Shown here: positions 14,961-31,480 of the stretch, piece after piece
How positions within the stretch are numbered: position 1 is the first letter of the stretch
Layout of the letters: the number at the start of each line of letters is the position of its first letter
Assembly (NCBI GenBank): GCA_038087875.1
Contig: CM075992.1
Location: forward strand, 3,722,001-3,786,000
DNA length: 64,000 nt
Direction of reading: 5' to 3'
Source of the DNA: Malacoraja senta
Lineage: Eukaryota
Notes under the pieces: generated by a model
What the model saw: only the letters and a program-made list of their open reading frames with translations
Told to the model about the DNA's origin: nothing
Databases searched by the model: none
Made by a program: the position numbers and the translations under genes

Positions 14961-15823
14961 CCTAGATGCGCTGGGACGCATCCTCAGTGATGTGACCTGG
15001 GATCATCGGGTGTTTCGGGTCTCACAACATCAGACCCTCTCGTCCAGGCGACCCAGCCGGGGTTGATCAGGCCCCGACTTGTGTCCCAGCAGCAAGCGTC
15101 CACGGATCAGCCATCTTAATAACTACTCTGCAGGGGTTGGGAGACTCTAGTGCGTGGAGGGTCTGGGCTCTGTGGGGTGAGTCCCAGCCGGGCTCCTCCT
15201 GCGTCTCACCAGGTTCAAGGCCTGTCCATGCGCTGCACCTCTTTCTCCTTCTCCGAGCATTTCATTCTCGCCTGATGGATTTTTAGGCCACGGTGGTTCA
15301 TTAGGCCTTTCCGTAGCTTTGTTGGGTGACTTTCTCACGACAGTCACAGACTGGGGTGCTAACCCAGCCTGTCCCGGGTGCTGTCTTTCCTTGCCGTTAA
15401 CTGTCTCTCCAGTAGTCACCAAACCATTCTTGGTTGTCACCCAGTCTATTCCTAGGAGCCACTGGCTGAGCCAGACTCCAGTGTGAAAAAGATACATCTT
15501 CTAGATGCGCTGGGACGCATCCTCAGTGATGTAATAACAACAACATCAACAACAACAATAGTAATAATAATAATAGCAATAATAATAAAAATGAACATAG
15601 ACACAAAATGCTGGAGTAACTCAGCAGGACAGGCAGCATCACTGGAGAGAAGGAATGGGTGACGTTTTGGGACGAGACCCTTCTTCAGACTGATCTTAGA
15701 TTTAAACCACCATCTGCAGTTCCTTCCTACACATAATACCAAAGATAGACACTAAATGCTGGACTAACTCAAGGCAGCATCTTTGGAGAAGATGGATAGC
15801 AGACGTTTCTGGTGTCTCGACCC

Positions 15824-16017
15824 TAAACGTCACCTATCCATGTTCTCCACAGATGCTGCCTGACCCGCTGAGTTACTCCAGCACTCTGTGAAACGTCACC
15901 TATCCATGTTCTCCACAGATGCTGCCTGACCCGCTGAGTTACTCCAGCACTCTGTGAAACATCACCTATCCATGTTCTCCACAGATGCTGCCTGACCCGC
16001 TGAGTTACTCCAGCACT
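15824..16017 (+). repeat. Three tandem 66-bp units derived from the Penelope-type terminal repeat
   Basis: aaacgtcacctatccatgttctccacagatgctgcctgacccgctgagttactccagcactctgtg x3. Confidence 0.92.
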
Positions 16018-16045
16018 TTATGTGTCTCCGTTTAAAGAGACTTCA

Positions 16046-16285
<240 letters not shown>

Positions 16286-17183
16286 TCAATCCTTTTGCCT
16301 CCTTGTCCTGGCCTTAGAGCATCACGGACCAGTCTCACCCCGATCACTCCCTCTTCGCCCATCTCCCATCAGACTCCATCTACACTTCACGCTGCCTCGG
16401 CAAGGCCAGCAGCATAATCAAGGATGAGCCTCACCCTGCTCGCTCCCTCTTCTCCCCTCTCCCATCGGGTAAGAGTACAGAAGTGTAAAAACGCACACCT
16501 CTAGATTCAGGGACAGTTTCTTTCCAGCTGTTATCAGGCAACTGAACCATCCTCTTACCAACTTGGGACCTCCCATCGACCTCATTGGAGGCACTCTGTC
16601 TATCTTTAATCGGTCTTCACTGGACTTTACCTTGCACTAAACATTATTCACTTCATTCTGTATCTGTACACTGCAGACGGCTTGATTGTGATCAAGTATT
16701 GTCTTTCCACTGATTGGATAGCACGCAACAAAAGATGTTCATCGTACCTCGGTAGACGTGACAATGAACAAAACTATACTAAACTAAACTAATCTAAACT
16801 AAACATAGTACAATACAGCTCAGAAACAGGCCAATGGCCCAAATTATGTATGCCCAAACTGTGACCGCGTGGGTTTCCTCCGGGTGCTCCGGTTTTCAAA
16901 GACGAGCGGGTTAGTCGGTTAATTGGCCCTCTGTAAATTGTCCTTCGTGTGTAGGGAGCGGATGAGAGAGTGGGATAGCGTAGAACTAGCGTGAACGGGC
17001 GATCGATGGCCGGCGTGGACCCGGTGGGCCGAAGGTCCTGTTTCCCTGCTGTATCTCTAAACTAAACTACAAAAAACTAATCATCCACCTCCAGCCAACA
17101 TTTTGTGCCTTCCACCACATTGATGAATGCTGTGGTGGATGTTTGTGTTAAATTTCTATTGTGTTTTTGTGTGTTCTTTTTCA

Positions 17184-17648
<465 letters not shown>

Positions 17649-18871
17649 CTAAGCACCTGACTTCCAAAGAAAAGTCCCAACCCAAGACGTCACTTATGCG
17701 TGCCCTCCAGAGATGCTGCCTGACCCTCTGAGTTATTCCTGCACATTGTGTCCATTTTTGTAAACCAGCATCTGCAGTTCCTCGTATCACCACACCTCAA
17801 CCTCCAACTAAATTTCGTTCAACATTTTCTCTTTCGGTTGTCCTCTCAATTCCTTAAGTCCCAGCTGCAGGCGTTAGTTTTAGTTTTTTAGTTTTTAGTT
17901 TTTAGTTTTAGAGCTAGTGTTGAAACAGGCCCTTCGGCCCCCTGAGTCCACGCTGACCAGTGAACACTAGTGCACTAGTTCCACCGTACACTAGTTCTAT
18001 CTGACACTCTCCGGGGTGATTTACAGAAGCCAATTAACCCACAAACACGCACGTCTTTGGGATGTGGGAGGAAACCGGAGCACTCGGTTTCAGCCCACGC
18101 AGGTCACGGGGAGAACGTACAAACTCCGTACAGACAGCACCCGCGGTCAGGATCAAACCCGGGTCTCTGGCGCTGTAAGGCAACAATTCTACCGCTGTGC
18201 CACCGTACCGCCTATTTCCACCCCTGAAAAACAGGTTCTGACTGTCTACACTATCTATGTCCGAAGTTGAGGAGAGACCTGAGAGAAGTCTGTAAAATGA
18301 CAAATATGAAAAATGTATAAAATATGTAATATTTACAAAATCACAAATTTTACATACATCTATCCGGTCTCTCCACAAACAACATTCCAGAGAACGCAAT
18401 CCAAGTTGGTCCTAGGTAGGCACAAAATGCTGGAGTAGCTCAGCGGGTGAGGCAGCATCTCCGGAGAGAAGGAATGGTCGTCGTTTCGGGTCGAGACCCT
18501 TGTTCAGACTGAAGAAGGGTCTCAACCCGAAACGTCGCCCATTCCTTCTCTCCGGAGATGCTGCCTCACCTGCTGAGTTACTCCAGCATTTTGTGTCTAC
18601 CTTCGATTTAAACCGGCATCTGCAGTTCTTTCCTACCCAAGTGGGTCTGACCTCTCCTTACAGCTAACATGCTCTGATCCAGGCAGCAAGCAGGTAAACT
18701 TCCCCTGTACCCTCTCCACATCCTTCTTAAGTCCCTACATTTTGGAATTCCCTCCCTCTCTTCTTTAAGATGCCCCTTAAAGACCACTTGATCTCTTTGA
18801 CCGAGTTCTGGACCTAGTATCTGCTTACGTGCCAATTTGTGCTTAATATTCTCATGTTTTAGAGGATTCTA

Positions 18872-19099
<228 letters not shown>

Positions 19100-19319
19100 T
19101 CAGGCAGAGTGTCCGCTGGGCTCCGTCACACGGGGAGGGGGGGGGGGCTGTATGGGGGGGGAGATCATGGCAGGTGGGGGCCTGAACGTCATGGACTCTA
19201 CGCACGGGTTCCAGGGAAGAGGGGAAGACACAAAGTGTTGGAGTAACAGCTCTCAATGACACAGACTTGGGGGCATTGGATTTGTCTTTTTGCACTATTA
19301 ATGTTTGTTTGTTTTTTAC

Positions 19320-19580
19320 GTGCATGTATGTGCGTGTGTGTGTATATATATTAAAATAAACGAGAACAAGTTTAGTGTGTGTATATTGTATGTACTTACA
19401 CACATATACATACAAACACACACACACATATATATACAATTGTGTATATATTGTATATATATAATATTGTATATATATAAGATATACTGTGTGTGTGTTA
19501 TATATATTATATATACATTATATGTGTGTGCGTGCAATTATATGTATGTATATAAATGTATGTGTATATATACACACACA
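19320..19580. repeat. TA/TG/CA low-complexity repeat
   Basis: Direct reading. Confidence 0.9.
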
Positions 19581-21263
19581 CTAAACTTTTTTTCTCTTTT
19601 AGTATAGTGTTTACAGAGTTCTATGTTTACATAGTCTGTTGTGCTGCTGCAAGTAAGAATGTCATGGATCTGTCTGGGACATATGACAATAAAACATTCT
19701 TGACTCTTGGGTAAGGCAGCATCTCTGGAGAACATGGACAAGTGACGTTCAGGGTTGAGACCCTTCTTCAGACTGAGTGCGGGGGTGGGAGGAAAGAAGG
19801 CTGGAAGGGTGGACAAATAGGGCGGGCAGGAACACAGGCGAGGGGGGGGGGGGGATCGTGAAGCTGGAGGATTGATGGGGTGCAAATTTACAGGCCGGCA
19901 TCTCTGGAGAACGTGGATAGGTGACGTTTCAGAGTCTGAAGAAGGGTTTCGGCCCGAAACGTTGCCTGTTTCCTTCGCTCCACAGATGCTGCCTCACCCG
20001 CTGAGTTTCTCCAGCATTTTGTGTCTATCTTCTTCAGACCGAGTTACTCCAGCACTTTGTGTCTTTCCTTGGTGAACTACCACCTCTGCAGTTGTTTTTT
20101 TCCTGCGTTTCCAGGGAAGAGGGGTTGCCATGGTGATAGGTTGAGTCAGGTTGGCCAGCCCTCAATAGAAATCAGAACAAATAGATGATCTCATTCAGAG
20201 GTGTTTGGCAAATTGGATGGTGTTTCCTCAGGATAGAGGTCAGTTAATTGGAACATTGAAAATGTGGGCAGAGAAATGGTCTAATGGTGCTGATGGTGTT
20301 GAATGGACAGGTTCATGGACATACAAAAGGTACAGCTTTGGAACAAGCTCTTCGGACCACAATGTCGAACATGATGCCAAGATGACTAACCTCATCTCCT
20401 TGCACATTTTTAATACTAGTTTTAGAGATTACAGTGTGGCAACAGGCCCTTCGGCCCACTGAATCCGTGCCGACCAACGATCACCCTTACACTAGTTCAA
20501 TCCTACACACTGGGCACAATTTTACAGAAGCCAATTGGCTTACAAACCCGCACTTCTTTGGAATGTGGGAGGAAACCGGAGCATGCGGAAAAAACGCATG
20601 CAATCACAGGGAGAACATGCAAACTCCATACAGAAGGCAGACAGAAATGCTGGAGAAACTCAGCGGGTGAGGCAGCATCTACGGAGCGAAGGAAATAGGT
20701 GACGTTTCGGGTCGAGACCCTTCATCAGACCCGAAACGTCACCTATTTCCTTCGCTCCATAGATGCTGCCTCACCCGCTGAGTTTCTCCAGCATTTTTGT
20801 CTACCTTCGATTTCTCCAGCATCTGCAGTTCTTTCTTAAACAAAAACTCCGTACAGACAGCACCCGTAGTCAGGATCGAACCTGTCTCTGATGCTGTAAG
20901 GCAGCAACTCTACCGCTGCGCCACTGTGCCGCCCGATGTGTTCAGTTTGATTTAGTTTAGAGATACAGCGCGGAAACAGGCCCTTCGGCCCACCGAGTCA
21001 GCCCGACCAGCGATCCCCGCACACTAACACTGTCCCACACACACTAGGGACATTTTACAATTTTAACTGAAGCCAATTAACCTACAAACCCGCACGTCTT
21101 TGGAGTGTGGGAGGAAACCGGAGAACCCGGAGAAAAGCCACGCAGGTCACGGGGACGAAGGTACAAACTCTGTGCTTCCATTGGGATTCTCTACCCTGTT
21201 ACAATCAGCATTGTTGGGTTGTAAACTCTGGCCATTCTCTGTCGCCATACTGCTCCAACCCTA

Positions 21264-21422
<159 letters not shown>

Positions 21423-22235
21423 TCACTCTCATAAGGTCCCAAAGGCAGGCGTGGGTTAGGTATAGGTTGCACCTCGCAAGGTCGACGGCAACCATGACAG
21501 AGGCGCCCACGGTAAAGTCAATGTTAATGTACGGAGGAGCAAAAGAACTAAGGGCGGAACAGTGGCGCAGCTGGTAAAGCCGCTACCTCACAGCGCCAGC
21601 GACCCGGGTTCGATCCTGACCTCGGGTGCTGTCTGCATCCGGAGTTTGTACCCTCTCCCTGTGACCAGATTGGGTTTCCTCCAAATGCTCTGATTGTCCT
21701 CCCACATCCCAAAGACGTGAAGGTTTATAGGTTAATTAGCCTGTGTGAACTGCTGCTAGTGTGTGGGGTTTGAATGAGAAAGTTGGATAACATAGAACTA
21801 GTGTGAGCGGATAACCGATGGGTGGCATGGACAATAGGTGCAGGAGTAGGCCATTTGGCCCTTCGAGCCAGCACCGCCATTCAATGTGATCATGGCTGAT
21901 CATCCCCAATCAGTACCCCGTTCCTGCCTTCTCCCCATATCCCCTGACTCCGCTATCTTTAAGAGCCCTATCTAGCTTTCTCTTGAAAGCATCCAGAGAA
22001 CCTGCCTCCACCGCCCTCTGAGGCAGAGAATTCCACAGACTCACCACTCTCTGTGAGAAAAAGTGTTTCTTCGTCTCCGTTCTAAATAGCTTACTCCTTA
22101 TTCTTAAATAACTTGGACTTGGTGGGTGAAAGGGTCTGTTTCCATGCTGTATCTCTATACAAATCTAAACTAAACTAATGGCACCTTGCAAGTTGGACGA
22201 CACAGACGGAAGTGCCTATAGTAAAGTCAGGGTTA

Positions 22236-22565
22236 TGGGCCTGTCCCACTTACGCAACTTTTTCGGCGACTGCCGGCACCCGTCATAGGTCGTTGCAGGT
22301 CGCCGAAAACGTTCAACATGTTGAAAATCCATTGGCGACCAGAAAGACGCTGCGACTCTTTGGGCGACTGAGGAGACGACTCGCGACCATACAGGCGACA
22401 TGTCGCGGGGTGAAGCCTGTATGGTCGTGAGTAGTCGCCCAAAGAGTCGTACCTTGTTCTGGTCGCTGCTGGATTTTCAACATGTTGGAAATTTTCGGCG
22501 GCCTGCTGCGACTATGACGGGTGCCGGCAAGTCGCCGAAAAAGTCCCGTAAGTGGGACAGGCCCT
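22236..22565. mobile_element. MITE with long TIRs, same cctgtcccact termini
   Basis: gggcctgtcccacttacg ... cgtaagtgggacaggccc; internal ttcaacatgttg palindromes. Confidence 0.85.
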
Positions 22566-22914
22566 TAAATGTATGGATCTTAAGATGTTTCCAGATGGCC
22601 ATTTGTGGAATAATTTAGTTAATGAGATCATAAGCCATTCGGCCCATTGAGTTTGCCCTGCCATCTGATTAAGACTGATCTATTTTTCCCTACTCCTGCA
22701 CCTATTGTCTATTGTCTATTAGGAACAGGGTACTGATTGGGGATGATCAGCCATGATCACATTAAATGGCGGTGCTGGCTCCAAGGGCCGAATGGCCTTC
22801 TCCTGCAACTATTGTCTATTGACCCTATTCTCCTGCTTTCTCCCCATAACCATTGACACACTTACTAATCAAGAGTCTATCAATCTCCACCTTGGAAATA
22901 GACTCTAGCGAGTA

Positions 22915-23167
22915 CACTGCCGTACTTTGACAAAAGAACGCAACTGACAGAAAGGCGTTTTCTTGTAAATGAGGAAAACGGGTTTTTCTTTCGGCTCTGT
23001 GATGGAATTTCTTACTTCTCTGGTATAAATATTTTTCAAAATTGTACTCAGAGAAGGACTTATTTTGTTCACCATTGAGTAGAGCATATCTCAAATACCC
23101 CAAAACAAGCAATAACTCAATTTTGACAACATTGTCAGTTGCTTCCATTTGTCAAAGTAGGGCAGTA
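22915..23167. mobile_element. Small MITE with ~35-bp imperfect TIRs
   Basis: actgccgtactttgacaaaagaacgcaactgaca vs reverse complement actgccctactttgacaaatggaagcaactgaca. Confidence 0.75.
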
Positions 23168-24978
23168 CAGGCCCAGCGCTGTCAAACGCTCCTTGTATGT
23201 GAACTCAACCATCCCCGGGGATTATTCTCGTAAACCTCATCTGGACCCTCTCCAGCAGATCCTTTCTACCCCAAGGCCATCACCACTCTGAACTCTGCGC
23301 TGAACACACAGCCCCCATAGCCAATACTGTCACAACACTAGACTGTGGACTATTGCACATTCTGACTTGACAACGTTTTTCTTGCCGTTTCTGTCGTTTC
23401 CATGGTCGTTATTATTTATCTGATACGTTAGAGCTCCACTCGGGCATGAAATGTTGTTGTATGAATTTACAATGACAATAAATTATTAGAATAGAAATAC
23501 CTGGAGTATTGTGTGCCGTTTTGGTCCCCTAATTTGAGGAAGGACATTCTTGCTATTGAGGGAGTGCAGCGTAGGTTTACAAGGTTAATTCCCGGGATGG
23601 CGGGACTATCATATGCTGAGAGAATGGAGCGGTTGGGCTTGTACACTCTGGAGTTTAGAAGTATGAGAGGGGTTCTCATTGAAACATATAAGATTGTTAA
23701 GGGTTTGGACACGCTAGAGGCAGGAAACATTGTATATATTTATAGAATGCCTTGTAGTCAATGCCTACTATGTTCTGTTGTGCTGAAGCAAAGCAAGAAT
23801 TTCATTGTCCTATCAGGGACACATGACAATAAACTCACTTGACTTGACATGTTCCAGATGTTGGGGGAGTCCAGAACCAGGGGCCACACAGTTTAAGAAT
23901 AAGGAGTAAGCCATTTAGAACGGAGACGAGGAAACACTTTTTCTCACAGAGAGTGGTGAGTCTGTGGAATTCTCTGCCTCAGAGGGCGGTGGAGGCAGGT
24001 TCTCTGGATGCTTTCAAGAGAGAGCTAGACAGGGCTCTTAAAAATAGCGGAGTCAGGGGATCTGGGGAGAAGGCAGGAACGGGGTACTGATTGGGGATGA
24101 TCATCCATGATCACATTGAATGGCGGTGCTGGCTCGAAGGGCAAAATGGCCTACTATTATTATTATTATATGGGGCCCAAAACTGCTCGCAACGGCCCAA
24201 ATATGGAGTGTACAGTGCCTTATAAAGCCTCAGCACTACATCCTTTTATATTCTAATCCTCTTGAAATGAATTCTAACATTGCAGTTCTATCACTCTTGC
24301 TGTTAAAAACCCCAATTTAGAATGGGAACACTGGGATTCAGTAATCCAACATGGAACATGTTTGGTTAACTAAAAGCAGAATGTAGTGGAAACTCCCAGC
24401 AAGTCAGGCAGCATCTGTGGGAAGGGAAACAGAGTTAACACTTCAGGGTAAGGACCCTTCATCGGAAATGGGAAGAGGTTTTTCCACCATCTTCTGCTCT
24501 TAGGGTAGATTTCATGCATCTGCCTGCATGGGCGGCATGGTGGTGCAGCGGTAGAGTTGCTGCCTCACAGCGCCTGAAAATAGGGTTCGATCTGTAGAGA
24601 TTGGGTGCTGTCTGTACGGAGTTTGCACGTACGTTCTCCCCGTGACCGTGTGGGTTTTCTCCGAGATCTTCAGTTTCCTCCCACACTCCAAAGACGTACA
24701 GGGTTGTAGGTTAATTGGCTTGGTATTAAATGTAAATTGTCCCTAGTGTGTGTAGGATAGTGTTAGTGTGTGGGGATCGCTGGTCGGCGCGGACTCAGTG
24801 GGCCGAAGGGCCTGTTTCCGCGCTGTAAACCAAACTTAAATCTCTAGTTTTTCTCGCTTTTGATGGGTACAGGGTGGTCAGGAGGGATGCTGTGGGCCGA
24901 AGGGCCTGTGTTTGTGCTCCATCACTCTACAGGCTGTGATAGTGGCCTGCTCCAGGCCAGGCTGCACCAGGTCTGTCA

Positions 24979-25854
<876 letters not shown>

Positions 25855-26358
25855 TTAAGAATTGTATGTTTCTATAAGATCTCCTCTCATCCTTCTAAAT
25901 TCCAGTGAATACAAGCCCTGTCAACCCATTAGCCTTGGCCCAGCTGCCACTGAGCTTTTCCCCTGGTAAGTGTAGCAGGGTAGGGATAGCAGGTGGCAGG
26001 ATGAATTCATCTCCATTCCACCCACAATTGGAGATTTAGGAGCAGGAAGAGGCCACTTGGCCCGTCGAATCTGCACACCATCCTATAGACCATCCAAAGG
26101 TAGAGCTGCTGCCTCCCAGCGCCAGAGACACGGGTTCGATCCTGACCACGGGTGCTGTCTGTAGGGAGTTTGTACCTTCTCCCCGTGACCGCACGGGTTG
26201 TCTCCGGCTGCTCTGGGTTTCCCCCACACTCCAAAGACGTGCAGGTTTGTAAGTCTTTCGGCCCATCAAGTCTACTCCACCATTCGATCATGGCTGATCT
26301 ATCTTTCCCTCTCCCCCTATCCCCTGACACCCGTACTAATCAAGAATCTATCTATCTA

Positions 26359-26964
<606 letters not shown>

Positions 26965-28250
26965 TCAGTGGGGACAGCAGTGGGCCGAAAGGCCTGTTTC
27001 CATGCTGTATCTCTAAAACTAAAAAACTATAACAATAGTGTCCTGGGCTTCCCCCAATGCCAGAGGGAGACCAAGAGGCGCAGTGTATTCCTCTTAGGAA
27101 GCTTACGACCCAAAGATACTCCAGTTTCACCAGATCATGTCAGACCTGACCTCCCCCCACACCCCTTATAACACCAACACCAACACTGACCCATCACAGT
27201 GAAGAAACACGAGCGGCCTAGCTCAGGTGGGCACACAGAGCCTCTTGCCCAGAGTAGGGGAACCGTCACCCAGATGGCATAGGTTTATGGTAAGGGGGGA
27301 AGATTTAATAGGACTCTGAAGGGTAACATTTTCTTACACAAAGGGTGGTGGGCGTATGGAACGAGCTGCCGGAGGAGGTAGTTGAGGCAGGGACAATCCC
27401 AACATTTAGGCAGGTACATGGATAGGGCAGGTTTAGAGGGATATGGGCCAAACGCAGGTAGGTGGGGCTAGTGTAGATGGGACATGTTGGTCAGTTTCAG
27501 CAAGTTGGGTCTGTTTCCGCTCTGTAAGACCCCATGACTCTGAACAAGGAACTGCAGGTGCAAAGTGCTGGAGTAACCCCGCGGGTCAGGCAAAATCCAA
27601 ATATCCTTTTTTCCCCCCCGCACCCATTTCTCCCATAAAGCCACCCCTGTTCCCCTCTTCCCCCTCTCCCCCTCACACATATCTCTCATCATCCCATCCC
27701 CTTTGCCGCCTCTCCCCTTTCAATACATCCCTCCCTCTGGCTTTACGTTTCACTCCTATTTCACTTCTGTCCTCTATTCATCTGACACCCTTTTGTCTCC
27801 TTAGATAGACACAAAATGTCGGAGTAACTCAGCGGGAAAAGGCAGCATCTCTGGAGTGAAGAAATGGGTGACTTTTTGGGTCGAGAACCTCCTTGAGGAA
27901 GGGTTTTGAACCCAAAACATCACCCATTCCTTCTCTCCAGAGATGCTGCCTGTCCCGCTGAGTTACTCCAACATTTGGTGTCTATCATCTGTGTAAACCA
28001 GCATCTGCAGTTCCTTCCTATACATCATTTTGTCTCCTTTTCATCTTGAGCATTTGACTCCACCTATCACTTGCCAGGCCTTGTTCCGCTCCCCCCCTCC
28101 CCCCAACCCAACCCCCACCCTCACTGTTTTGTGTTTTACTCAGGATTCCAGCATCTGCAAATGTGTTTGGAACCATTTGGGAGACCAGTGCAGAAATTTG
28201 TATGGGAAAGGAATGTAGATGGGCTGAATGGCCTCTCCCGGTCAGGTTTA

Positions 28251-28379
<129 letters not shown>

Positions 28380-28678
28380 TTAGTCAAGATATTAGTCAAA
28401 ATATCCACTGACTTGGCCTCCCGCAGCCTTCTGTGGCAATGAATTCCACAGATTCCCCACCCTCTGACTAAAGAAATTCCTCCTCAACTCCATTCTACTT
28501 TAATTGTGAGGCTGTGACCTCTGGTCCTAGACTCTCCCACCAGTGGAAACATCCTCTCCACATCCATCTATCTATGTCTTTCACTATTCCGTAAGTTTCC
28601 ATGAGGTCCCCCCTCAACCTTCTAAACTCCAGCGAGTGCAGGCCAGGTGCCGTCAAACGCACATCATAGGTTAACCTA

Positions 28679-28828
<150 letters not shown>

Positions 28829-28830
28829 CT

Positions 28831-29405
28831 AGACAATAGACAATAGGTGCAGGAGTAGGTCATTCAGCCCTTCGAGCCACCACCGCCATTCATTATAATC
28901 ATGGCTGATCATCCACATTCAGTACCCCGTTCCTGCCTTCTCCCCATTTCCCTTGACTCCCCTATCTTTAAGAGCTCTATCTAACTCTCTCTTGAAAGCA
29001 TCCAGAGAATTGGCCTCCACTGCCTTCTGAGGCAGAGAATTCCACAGACTCACAACTCTCTGGGTAAAAAAGTTTTTCCTCATCTCCGTTCTAAATGGCC
29101 TACCCCTTATTCTTAAACTGTGGCCCCTGGTTCTGGACTCCCCCAACATCGGGAACATGTTTCCTGCCTCTAGCGTGTCCAATCCCTTAATAATCCCTTT
29201 TTATTCGTGAGCTGCAATGGCAAGTCAAATTTCACTACAGTGTATGTGACAATAAATATCCTTTGTATCGTATACGTTTCAATAAGATCCCCTCTCATCC
29301 TTCTAAATCCCAGTGTACGCAAGCCCAGCCGCTCCATTCTTTCAACATATGACAGTCCCGCCCACCCCGGGAATTAACCTGGTGAACCTACGCTGCACTC
29401 CCTCT
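28831..29405 (-). mobile_element. CR1-like LINE 3' fragment abutting the VCP-like exon 6 acceptor
   Basis: LGESRTRGHSLRIRGRPFRTEMRKNFFTQRVVSLWNSLP; (ctattgt)n tail ends at the exon AG. Confidence 0.92.
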
Positions 29406-29524
29406 TCTAATGGGAAAACAATGGAATCATAAGGCAAAGGTGAACTGCCACCCTTGCATCATCTCCAGGCATCCCAGGGCATCTTACAACCCGTGCAGGC
29501 GCGTCTTTAAGTGCAGTCATATAT

Positions 29525-29900
29525 TCATTATTTTTTTTTAATTTTTATTTTTTTTAATTTATTAGAAGCAAATGTACAAGAATGAAACAATCGGCATATA
29601 AAATTATACAGTTATTGTACAGCTTCAATTTTAACTTTTTAACTTGAAAATAGAGGAAACTGGAAAAGAGAAAGAAGAGAGAGAAAAAGTGAGACGTGCA
29701 AAGATAGGACCCCCAGACTACCAAAGTAGTGTGGCCAAAGAGTGGATAAAAGAAAGAAAAGGAAAAAAAGAACAAAAAGAAAAAGAGAGATAAAAGTGGA
29801 GATATACCTGACTCGTCCCCCCCCCCCCCCCACCCACCTCTCCCAACCCATAGTTGGATTTAAATCCAAAGTTGTGTTGTGCCATACTATGAATAACATT
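29525..29900 (-). mobile_element. L1-like 3' UTR and poly(A) remnant
   Basis: T-run, then ttattagaag...atacagttattgtacagcttc resembling the 3' end of the element at 36418. Confidence 0.6.
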
Positions 29901-31252
29901 TGAGGGCGAGTCTGTGGAATTCATTGCCACAGACGGTGGTGGGTGTTTTAAAGGTGTGGAGACACAGGTTCTTGTTTAGTACAGGGTACTCATTGGGTCA
30001 GGCAGCATCTGTGGGGGATAACCAGCAGACGATGTTTCGGGTCGGGATGTTTCTTCCTTCTTATGGTGTTGGGGGGAAGGAGATGGAAGATGGAGGTGTG
30101 GGGTTTGTGCAATGGTTCTTCTACTGTCTCATGTACCAAAGTTCATAAGCGATAGGAGCAGAATTAGGCCACTCGGCCCATCAAGTCTACTCAGCGGGTC
30201 AGGCAGCATCTCTGGAGAAAATGGATAGGTGACGTTTCAGGTCGGGACCCTCCTTCAGACTTAGTTACTAGTATTAGTAATTAGCCTATTTATTACGCAA
30301 GGCGGGGAATGCCTTAACAAGGAACTGCAGGTGCAAGTTTACAAAAAAAAAATACAATGTGCTGGAGTAACTAAGCAGGACAGGCTGCATATCTGGAGAA
30401 CATGGATAGGTGATGTTTCCGATCGGGACCCTTCTTCAGATGGATTGCAGGGGAGAAGAAACCCCCTTTTCCATCTTTCTTCTTCTCACCCCCCGCCCCT
30501 ATAATCAGACAGACGAAGGGCCTTTAATTGATACGTCACCTATTCACGTTCTCCAGAGATGCTACCTGAGCCGCTGAGGTACTCCAGCTCTTGATGAGAG
30601 GAATAGATCGGGTAGACGCACAAAGTCTCTTGCCCAGAGTAGGAGAATCGAGGACCAGTGGATATAGGTTTAAGGTGAAGGGGGAAAAGTTTAATAGGAT
30701 TCTGTGCGGTAACTTTTTCACACAGAGGGTGGTGGGTGTAGGGAACGAGCTGCCAGAGGAGGTAGTTGAGGCTGGGACTATCCCAACGTTTAAGAAACAG
30801 TTAGACAGGTATACGGATAGGACAGGTTTGGAGGGATATGGACCAGACGCGGGAATAGTGTATAAGGAGGAACTGCAGATGCTGGAAAATCGAAGGTAGA
30901 CAAAAGTGCTGGAGAAACTCAGCGGGTGCAGCAGCATCTATGGAGCGAAGGAAATAGGCAACGTTTCGGACTGATGTAGTGTAGAGTGTAGGGAAGAGTG
31001 TAGCTGGGACATGGTGGGCCAGTGCGGGCAAGTTGGCCCGAAGGGCCTGTTTCCACGTTGTATGACTCTATGACACACTGTGCATTAACCAGCATCTGCA
31101 GTTGCTTGTTGCTACGTAAAGCCTGGACGGACGGACGCACTCACCTCTCGTTTGGAGGGATATGGACCAAACGCTGGAAGAGTGTAGCTGGGACATGGTG
31201 GGAAAGTGCGGGCAAGTTGGGCCGAAGGGCCTGTTTCCACGTTGTATGACTA

Positions 31253-31480
<228 letters not shown>

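Noticed and set aside
15824..16017. CRISPR-like array
   Set aside because: Head-to-tail units without unique spacers; eukaryotic retroelement-derived
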